Source: Takakia lepidozioides
Taxonomy: Eukaryota > Plantae > Bryophyta
Length of the DNA: 64,000 nucleotides
Reading direction: 5' to 3'
NCBI GenBank assembly: GCA_030704615.1
Contig: CM060733.1
Span: 51,336,001-51,400,000 of the forward strand
Below are positions 54,938 through 64,000 of this stretch, piece by piece. Within the stretch, counting starts at the first letter, position 1. Each line of letters opens with the position of its first letter. Below the pieces are notes generated by a model. The model saw only the letters and a list, made by a program, of their open reading frames with translations. It was not told where the DNA came from and did no database searches. The position numbers and the translations under genes are program-made.

Positions 54938-55005
<68 letters not shown>
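54938..55005. repeat. (CT)n microsatellite
   Basis: Directly visible. Confidence 0.97.
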
Positions 55006-55007
<2 letters not shown>

Positions 55008-55275
55008 GCACAGCGCTAGACCAAACGAAATAGATAACATGATGTGTACACCAGTCGTTACATCGACACCAAGTTTAGGGAATGAGTTGCATAGATTGAT
55101 CCAGGGCTTGACAGATCCATCCCTTGACTGCGATCTGGTGACCCACCTACATACATATACATGCATGCCTATCACCGCATCAATCTTATATCTAGTGGCC
55201 AGTAGTGGGAATCTTTACTTCTCTTCCTTTGTCGATAATCTCGTGGAGATTCTTGTGGGCATTTTGAAGTTTCCA

Positions 55276-55925
55276 TTAGATCACATCTTGCCTGGGCATT
55301 TTGTCAAACACTTGGCTTGCACCCACCACATCCCCACACTTGTAGTACATGCTGACAAAGGCAGTGCCCATATGGAGATCTGACTCAAATCCAGCCTTGA
55401 TGATGCTCGCATGGAGATGCTTGCCCTGTTCCACAGCTGCTGGGCTGCCACAAGCTTTGAGGATGCTCATAAAGGTGACCTTGTTGGGCTTCACGCGTGT
55501 TTGTTGCATTCGTTGAAAGTATTCAATTGCCTCTCCGCTATGCCCTTCCTCAGCTAGTCTTGCAATCATCACAGTCCATGAAATCACATTTTGTGTATGC
55601 ATATTGTCAAAAACTTGGTGCACATTCACTATACTCCTGCATTTGCAATACATGCTGACAAGAGCGCCATTGCTTACTTAGAGATTTGACTCAAATCCAG
55701 CTATCTTGATTTCGGCATGGACCCGCTCGCCCTGTTCCACAGCCGCGGGGCTGGCACATGCATTGAGGATGCTCATGAAGGTGACATTGTTGGGCTTCAA
55801 GCCTTCTTGTTGCATACTTCGGAAGTAACGGAAAGCCTCTTCACTTTGCCCGTGCCGAGCTAATCTTGCAATCATGGCATTCCAAGAGATCACATCTAGC
55901 TTAGGGATTTTTTCAAAACAAACTC
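55276..55925 (-). pseudogene. Additional PLS-PPR fragment
   Basis: DVISWNAMIA..GLKPNNVTFMSILNACASPAAVEQG and MYCKC..NVISWTVMIA; in-frame stop at 55678. Confidence 0.85.
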
Positions 55926-56369
55926 CTTCTGAGTTTGCGCATATCTTCTTTCCCTGCCCTATCCTCACACAAACCTCCTACTCTGCTGGCAGATTGTGGG
56001 CATGTATAGCTGCAATGGAAATTCATGCATCAAACAACAAATTGTACCCTATGCAAAGACAAACTTCTTCAGGTGGGCCAGACATCCACACAATTGCAAC
56101 TTACAATGGTATGCAACATATGTGGGCAACGTACAAACACAATTCAATATGGAAGGTGAACGCAGAGTACCAAGGTGGGGACACGTTTGGAAGGCATGGA
56201 TAGAACTGACGTACGAGGAAATGCACGATGAGGGTAGCAAAACACTGGATTTGGGTGGAAGTGTATGTGACGACGTGGCATATATCCCAACGTCCATTCT
56301 TTCTTCAGATTTGCCATTTGAAATTTGAATAGATGTCAGAATGATTTTTGAAAGAGGGCATGATGTATG

Positions 56370-56592
56370 CTTGGGATACCATGTAGCATGGGGAGGATGA
56401 AGGCATGCATGGGGGTTGGTGGGCAATGCCATGCATGAGGGCACGTCTCATGTCCTAGCAGCGGGACATGAGGCACGGGAGGGCGTGCCGCGTGGCAGCA
56501 GCCGTGCGGTGTGCGGGCGATGGAGGCGGGGGTCCATGCTGGCTGAACCGGCTCCCTTGCATTCAACTCCAAGGCCCCATCTAATGCTTGGC
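56370..56592 (-). mobile_element. Right arm of the inverted repeat pairing with 48409-48640
   Basis: Reverse-complement match to 48409-48640. Confidence 0.8.
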
Positions 56593-57107
56593 TTTATAGG
56601 TATAGGTAAGTGGTTCAAGAAGGTGAATCATCTACACGCACCAAGTCGTTCGTTTGAATACGCCTTTGCTCAAATCAAACCTGTGTTTAGAAGCAGGGCA
56701 GAAAACAAATGCTAACCTGTACTCAACACAAGGTTTGTTCAAATCTACAATTGCCGCTCCAAGCTTGGTTTGCTGTAAGTACTTTCCAAAAAGTCCCGTA
56801 CAGTAAAGACTTTCATGCAACAAATGTACTTCTCTTAGTCCCTTCATCAGAAGTCTTCCGAAGTTTGGAATTGGTCAGAAAAGGTGTGTGGATGGTCAGA
56901 AGGAAGGTGGGTAAGCAGTCTTCTGGAGACGAACACCGGAGGCTGCTTGCACGTGCATTCAATTCTTTCTCCTCTCCTATAACAAGCCCCATCTCTCTCT
57001 CTTTCTCAACACTACCACTTCTCGGACCTCGTATCTCACTCTGAATCAGACCCAACTTTTTGCACAGTGAGAAGCTTCTCTTAACTCGCTCCAGTCACCT
57101 GGGAACA

Positions 57108-58617
57108 ATGGTGGGAACACTCTCATACACCCAAGTTCTTCAGGCGTCACCCGAGAAGGTCTGGGATGCCTGCAAGCATGCGGACGAGATTCTTCCCGTG
57201 CAGATGCCCGAGTTTTTTACCAAGTCTGAGCTTCTTGAAGGAAATGGAGGGCCAGGCACCATCCGCCTCGTTAGAATGGGCCCTGGTAAAAGGACTTTCT
57301 GCTGTATAATAGATTCTCTAGAGGCTTGCGCGTAATTGCTTGATAGAGAGTGCCAACTTTGATCAAATTTATCCGGGTGCAGCCTGCAACAGTTTCAAGA
57401 TGTCGAAGCTCAAGCTTCGTTCATAGTCTCGCTGAAGAGATCATACCGTTTAATATTCAATTGTGAAGAGTAAATTCTTGACAGCCTGGAAAGGTGTAAG
57501 ATCACGTGTAGTGGGTATGCTAACCAGTGTGATACAATGTGTGTAGCCATTGCTCATGCCGGGGTTGTGAAGGAGCGCATGGATATCTTTGACGACACTA
57601 CAAGAACTCTGGGATACACCGTACTAGAGGGTGATCCTCGATACAGCTCCTTCAGTGCTAAGATGCAATTTACCCCTGGACCAGATGGTAGCACCGAGGC
57701 AACCTGGACCGCAGAGTACGAACCAATTGGAGACATGGGGCCCCCTGAACACATCAAGGCTATTGTTGTTCACGTGTTCAACTGTCTACAGACAGCGGCT
57801 AAGGCCTTGGTACTCTCACACACTGAAATATTGGATGTCTCACCCGATGCTATATGGAAGGCATGCAAGCATGCCGACGAATTGCTGCCTGCTCAAATGC
57901 CCCAATATTTCACCAAGTCGGAGCTTCTGCAAGGACATGGCGGTCCCGGATCCATCCGCCTCGTCAGAATGGGCCCTGGTATGAGTCCCTCCCCTGTATT
58001 AGATTTTTTTCCAGAAAACACGCAAGTGGTCAAAGATCTGAAAGAACAACTTTATAGTGGGACCCCTGAAAGCCTTTCAAGCTCTTACGAGCAGGGACAA
58101 GAACCCATAGAAGGCGGGTGGACGAGAAAGAAATTGCAAGGACAGCCTGGTTCGACTAGTGAATGTAAGCTGACAAGCTTGAATGAATCTGAGAGCTCTC
58201 TAAGATCAGAAACACTTTTGTTGGCCACTACATGTGAAATTATTCAATCTATACAGATCAATTCGCTCAGTTAGACGCAAGTAGAGGACGCACTTATTGT
58301 GATTATCCACGTTACATATTTTGATGTCTTCTGCAGCCATCCCATATGCCGGAACTGTGAAGGAGCGCATGGACCTTTTCGATGATGCTACCAAGACCCT
58401 GGGCTACACGGTGCTGGAGGGCGATCCCCGTTACAGCACATTCAGCGCTAAAATGCAGTTTGCTCCTGGACCAGATGGAAGCACCGAGGCGACCTGGACT
58501 GCATACTATGTCCCAGTTGGAGACGCAGGCCCCCCAGAACACATCAAGGGCGTTGCTACGCTTGTGTTCAAAGCTCTGGAAGCCGCTGTGAAGGCCAACC
58601 CTGCTGCATACGCTTAA
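57108..58617 (+). CDS. PR-10 / Bet v1 (START superfamily) protein with two tandem Bet v1 domains, 3 exons, 296 aa
   Basis: Exons 57108-57285, 57547-57978 and 58337-58617 total 891 nt. Each half has the Gly-loop G(N/H)GGPG(T/S)IRLVRMGP and VKERMD..GYTVLEGDPRYS, with the intron at the same position in both halves. AATAAA at ~58790. Confidence 0.93.
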
Positions 58618-58814
58618 AACTCGCACGGCTGCTTGTCTTCTGGACATCTTCTCGAGCGCATTCTTTACTCGTCTAGTCACTATAGATCTTTGTCATATTG
58701 AATGAATCTGAGAGCTCTCTAGTCATCATTTTTGTGCAAAAGCAGGAACATCATTGAAGTAACATTTGTGTAGTTCTCAATTATGTTTCAATAAATCTAA
58801 GGATCCCAAGACAG

Positions 58815-60455
58815 TTGAATGGCCCTAGCTGGAAACCTCACCTGTGAGGGACTCGTCACGAGAGAGAGAATCAGAAGGCGCTTGCAAACACTTCATAGCT
58901 CCTACTTTCCGTGGAGTAGGACGAGTGAGAGCATTTCCCGACAGATGGAAAGGTGTTCTTGAAGAATGTGCACATTGAAGGCCGAACTAATCTTGCTTGC
59001 AACCGTCTGGGGATATAATTTGGAATCCATTTTTCACAAATGCGTGCAATCTAGATCCAGCTTCTCTAAAATCCTGGGCCTCAAAAGTGGTTTCTAAAAA
59101 GATTCGAAATTTGAAGGGTGCTGGCAAAATGGGCACCAAGAATGTTTATCCACATTACCTCTCCTTGGAGCTTAATAGTCAGGAATCATGTTATGGACTC
59201 CATCCCGACTGATGCTAACCCGTGGCCTTCCTCTCTCAAATGGGTGGTTCAAGGTTTAATTCCCTCAAAATCTGTTCCTAAAGGCTCCAGAGCAACGGTT
59301 CCCCACTGCCTTATGGCAGAAGCAACCTCTGGTCTTTCCACCAGGGCTGCCAACGCTGCCTGGAATATGCTCATTGAAGAAATACCGAACGATTGGACTC
59401 TTCTAACTGCCCTTCCTGCCAATTTACATTCCCTGCTTGCCTGGTTTGGTTCTTCCGGTCTCATCCAAGCTTTTGCTTTCCAGGCTCTATATAGGCAAGG
59501 TGACCTGATGCATGGTTGGATGAGACGGTTGGTTGGTTGGATGAGCTGATGCTATAGGTACCTTGCATTCTCCTTGGCTGATATCTCTTGTTCTGAGCTG
59601 GTTCCCATCAGAGTTTTCTGTCTAGAGACTGGGCAGATCAACCCATCTCTTCCTACAGAGGTGGCTTATTACGCAGATTCTTGACAGCCCCTTTGAGAAT
59701 TCTGCAATTTGATCCCGGGGAGTGGATTTGGATGTCCAAGAAACATGATCCCTTTTTTGCATACAAGGTTAGAATGGGGATATTCTTTGCTGGTGCCCCA
59801 CTCCTCCTTCGATCTTAAGTATTCCAGGAAATAGAGACACTTAGCTATTGAACCCGTGACCTTGTGGAAATCAGTCTAGAAAGAATGTGGAGGAAGGAGA
59901 GGGCTGCTAAGATTAGTGGTTTTTTGTGGAGGCTCGCAAACAGGATCCTACCACTAACACATCTCTCCTGGGGCTCTCTCTCGGTCTGTCAGCACTGTTC
60001 AGCTTCTGTCATTGAGTCTGCTGAGCACCTCTTCTGCTTGTGTCCCTTTGCGGAATTCCATGATCTGGGATAGAGCGGCTAGGCTCTACAGGCTTTGGGA
60101 TCACGACTTTCCAAGAGACCCCTCTTTGATTCCGCTGAATCTGCATAATGGTAAACTTTGGTCAGTATGTCCGGTTTGGACAGCTCTGCATGCGCATATC
60201 TTCTGGCAAATTTGGAAATCTCGCTGTTATTCCATTTTTCATAATCAGCCACCTAGTGCTAGCGCGATTCTCTTTAGAGCTCACTGAAGCTCGGAAAACT
60301 TGGGATGTGCTGTATGCAGTTTTTTTCAGGTGGTCCAAAGATAAGCGACAAGGAGCGCTTGCTCAATTTGACTCAACTTGGGGAAAAGGAGGCGTCTTCG
60401 GCTCCAGGATTGCCGAGCTGCGAGTTGCCTGGAACGACTCCATCCCAGCATGCTA
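58815..60455 (+). mobile_element. Degenerate L1-clade LINE, ORF2 C-terminal part (zf-RVT)
   Basis: KISGFLWRLANRILP..CQHCS..ESAEHLFCLCPFA and IFWQIWKSRC..IF motifs; stops and frameshifts. Confidence 0.85.
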
Positions 60456-60604
60456 GGAACTGTTCCATCAGCGCTAAGGTCTCCCCTGCGGAAGGAGAGG
60501 AGCAGGAAGAAAATTGGCGCAACATAGTTAAAGGAAGGTTAAGTCGAGGGTGCATCTCTCCTTTGAACCTTGCAAGAGGGTGTAAGATGATGCCCTCACG
60601 GTTT

Positions 60605-60700
60605 GCATCTCTGAGTCCAGGGTAAGATGATAAGCCCTCATGGCATGCATCTCTGAGTCCAGGGTAAGATGATAAGCCCTCATGGCATGCATCTCTGAAT
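60605..60700. repeat. 42-bp tandem repeat, about 2.3 copies
   Basis: gcatctctgagtccagggtaagatgataagccctcatggcat x2 plus a partial copy. Confidence 0.9.
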
Positions 60701-60834
60701 CCAGTAGCCTTCATAGGACCTCCTTTTGAACTCCGGTCACTGAGCAGTGCCTCCTCTGTTGGTCTTATGGCTTCCCTGCAAGGTTATTTTTTCCTTGTCT
60801 TCCAAAATTTTGCCTTATTCTAGCGACTACCGAA

Positions 60835-60992
60835 GGGCTAGTTTAGCGTAGAGCAGATATAGGTGTGCCTTAGTGCCATCATCGTCGCCACGTTTCGTAG
60901 CCATGTCATTGTAACCACGTCATCGTCGCCACGTTTCGTACGTCGTCAATTTCTTCTTAATTTCTTCTTAATCTGCCCGGACTGCCCGAAAT
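60835..60992 (+). mobile_element. DNA-transposon terminus-like sequence, partner family of 47260-47408
   Basis: Starts gggctagtttagcgt; internal gccacgt repeats. Confidence 0.6.
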
Positions 60993-61121
60993 ACCCGAAA
61001 TAACCGTGTCTTGCACCGCGGGGAAGCGACGATGATGCCCAAGCGTGGTTGAGCGCGGAGGGGTGTCACACACCGATCTCAGAGGGAGATCCTACATACT
61101 GCACAACCTTATTAATAGAGA

Positions 61122-61381
61122 GAGGAGAAGCTCTGGAATGAATACGTTCAGATTCATCCAAGAGGGCCGGATTTCAAGCTCCAGAGAGGTCCATGCTGCC
61201 ATTGAAAGCTGGAATTGTGCCAACTATCATTCTGGACACTACTGTGGTGGACATGTATGCCAAGTGTGAAGAATGCAAAGTCAGTGTTCGACAGTATGGC
61301 TTAGCGAAATTAGTCTCTTGGAATCTGATGGTCGCAGGATTTGCCCAGCATGGATGTGGGATGGAGGCATTGGAGACTTAA
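61122..61381 (+). pseudogene. Collapsed PDF-motif + PLS-PPR remnant
   Basis: EEKLWNEYVQIHPRGPDFK joined directly to EVHAAI-KAGIVPTIILDTTVVDMYAKC..VSWNLMVAGFAQHGCGMEALET. Confidence 0.75.
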
Positions 61382-61798
61382 CGATGTGAAGAAGTTTGTC
61401 CATCCTACAAATGTGGGCTCTTGGCTCCTATTAGTACCATGATTTGGTATTCTTCCTGATGTTTACAAGGTTCTTGGGAGAATCAGCTTGGTCTTAGCAG
61501 GCCGTGTTTCAATCTCTGCCTGCTTAGCTGCACCGTGGTGGTTCACACAGACCAATCCGACATTACCTGACTACAGACACAAGCAACACACAAGTCCTTT
61601 TGGGTTGATGGTCTCCATGGGTCACAAGGTCAAGGACAATGTGGTGAGGGCACCTTCTTCTTCAACCTATTTCAGCTTGTTTTGGCCTCTCATCATACTC
61701 GGCCGTGCGATGCATATTGAATTCTGTAAGTTAGCTCGTTGGGTGGATCTGTGGTGGTTTGGAGTGACTTTGACAAGTGACTGCCGATGTGGCAGCAG

Positions 61799-63830
61799 GA
61801 AAGTATCCAAAACAGATAACAGAGATGAGGAGAAGCTTTGGAATGAACACTTTTCCGACCCGAGTCACTGGTGGGACAATGGAGACAAAAAGGTGAATGT
61901 CTGTTGGATTACAGAGAGAAAGATGAAATTCAGAATTGGAACTACTATAATAAGTAGGGTTGGGATGTCTGCTGGAAGAACTTCATGCCGTCAGTCTTAA
62001 ATTTCCATGTTGAATTCTGCAGTTAGCTGGTTGATTGAATCTAGTTTGGAGTGACTTTGACATGATACTGCCAATGCGATAACAGGAAAGTATCCAAAAA
62101 CAGGTAACAAAGATGAGGGGAGGGTGTGGAATGAATATTTTTCTGCCCCCAGTCAATGGTGGGACAACAGAGGAAAAACGTTGAATGCCTGCTAGATGAC
62201 AGAGAGTAGCAGACGCAATTCAGCATAGGAACTAGTGTGATTGGGTGTTTCCTAGAACAAATCTAGGCTGTCATTATCAGCTGCTAGCAACAAGGGCAAA
62301 GATGAATGTATGATCTGTGCAGAGGCATAGATAGCTGAAGGAGAAGGATAGAGTGTGGGTCCAGATATCCAAGAGGACTAGATTTCCAAGAGGGCCAGAT
62401 TTCAAGCACAAGATTACGTATGATTTCATGTGGATCAATAGCTACAAGAAACCTGCATGCGTAGATGATCAATGATTAAAGGCAGCAGCTGCAGCGGCAC
62501 AGTTGATAAAATCAGGCACCTCAACCCTGACCACAGCTTCTGGAAGAGGATCAAGAGAGGGAGTCCACAATGCCTCTTCTGGCACTTCTGGGCATGTGAA
62601 GATGCTTTGTGAGGCAGGCAGACTGAAAGAGGCTCTACAGACTTTAAACTAAGGAGGAATTTCAGCAGATTCAGATACGTATGTCTGTCTCTTGCATAAG
62701 TGCATCAAGATGAAAGGCCTTGAAGCTGGAAAGCAGGTGCACACAAGGGGTGAAGCCCATCCACATCACGTTCGTTTGTGTTTGCAATACGTGTGCAAGC
62801 CCTGGAAAAGGGGAAAGAGGTTCATGATGACATCGTCAAAGCTGGAATTGTACCAGATGTCATTCTGAACACTGCTCTGGTAGACATGTATGCCAAATGC
62901 GGGTGCATTAAGGATGCAAGGCAGTACAATATGGCTGAACGAGATGTGGTGTCGTGGAGCGCGATGCTTGCAGGGTATGCACAGCAGGGACGTGGGGTGG
63001 AGGCTGTGGAGACCTATGAGCAAATGATGGGGGAAGGGGTGAAGCCCAACCACATCACGTTTGTGTGTGTTTGCAATGCGTGTGCAAGCCTGGCAGCTCT
63101 GGAAAAGGGCAAAGAGGCCCACGGCGACATTGTCAGAGCTGGAATTATACCCGATGTCATTCTGAACAATGCCCTCGTGGACATGTATGCCAAATGTTGG
63201 AGCATCGAGGATGCGAAGGCAGTGTTCAACAATATGGTTGAATGAAATGTGGTGTCGTGGAATGCGATGCTTGCAGGGTATGCACAGCAGGGGCGCGGGA
63301 TGGAGGCTTTGGAGACGTGTGAGCAAATGATGGTGGAAGGGGTGAAGCCCGACCACATCAGGTCTGTGCGTTTGCAAGCCTGGCAGCCCTGGAAAATGGC
63401 AAAGAGGTGCATGGTTGCATCGCAATAGCTAGCATTGTACCAGATGTGATTCTGAACAATACCCTTGTGGACATGTATGCAAAATGTGGGTGCATCGAGG
63501 ATGCGGAGGGAGTGTTTGACAGTATGGTTGAACGAGATTTGGTGTCGTGGAGTGCGATGATTGCAGTGTATACATAGCAAGGGCGCGTGATGGAGTCTTT
63601 GGAAACCTATGAGCAAATGATGGGGGAAAGGATGAAGCCCGACCACATCACGTTTGTTTCTGTTTGCAATGCCTGTGCAAGCCTGGCAGCCCTGGAAAGG
63701 GCAAAGAGGTCCATGGTGACATCGTCAAAGCTAGAATTGTACACTACCCTGGTGGACATGTGCACCCTGTGACAAAGCAGGTGCACACTCACATTATCCT
63801 AAGTTGCTCAATTTGTATGGTGTTCAACTG
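61799..63830 (+). pseudogene. PDF(OSB)-motif-PLS-PPR fusion pseudogene, inverted paralog of 42295-44505
   Basis: Exons EEKLWNEHFSDPSHWWDNGDKK (61799-61892) and EGRVWNEYFSAPSQWWDNRGK (62086-62180). From 62365 it reads PRGPDFKHKITYDFMWINSYKKPACVDDQ*LKAAAAAAQLIKSG into the PPR leader and P-L-S triplets. 62481-62745 is homologous to the reverse complement of ~44220-44482. Confidence 0.88.
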
Positions 63831-64000
63831 TTGCGGGCATCACCTTAGTAGTTTTGGAGCGACTGTTCCCACTGATAGTCAGGTGCCCGAGGAACTGGAA
63901 TCTACATTCCAGTGAAATATTAACACATCTAATGTGCCCCATTTTTCAAATATTAAGATTTCCAGAGTTCCCATGGGGTTAAGGCTTCATGAAGGCACTG

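Overview
Intron-rich nuclear DNA of a non-seed land plant, most likely a bryophyte. This is inferred from a two-domain PR-10/Bet v1 gene and many PLS-type PPR loci. Six host genes can be modelled from splice sites and translation: the 5' part of NEMF/RQC2 (-), an At2g02148-like gene (+, head-to-head with NEMF), a STOP1-type C2H2 transcription factor (+), an aldo-keto reductase with two microexons (+), a PP2C phosphatase (-) and a tandem two-domain Bet v1/PR-10 gene (+). The right third holds several decayed PLS-class PPR loci (one with a canonical DYW deaminase domain), a PPR4-like P-class fragment, and LINE and DNA-transposon remnants. The most notable signals are: (1) an OSB-type PDF ssDNA-binding motif in frame upstream of PLS-PPR arrays of the same family as the DYW locus; (2) PPR loci bracketed by inverted transposon-like termini; (3) a decayed fungal-like PD-(D/E)xK nuclease gene; (4) a LINE family without a poly(A) tail, with clean TSDs and very short 3'-end copies. 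All assignments come from reading the sequence by eye and recalling protein families; no searches were run.
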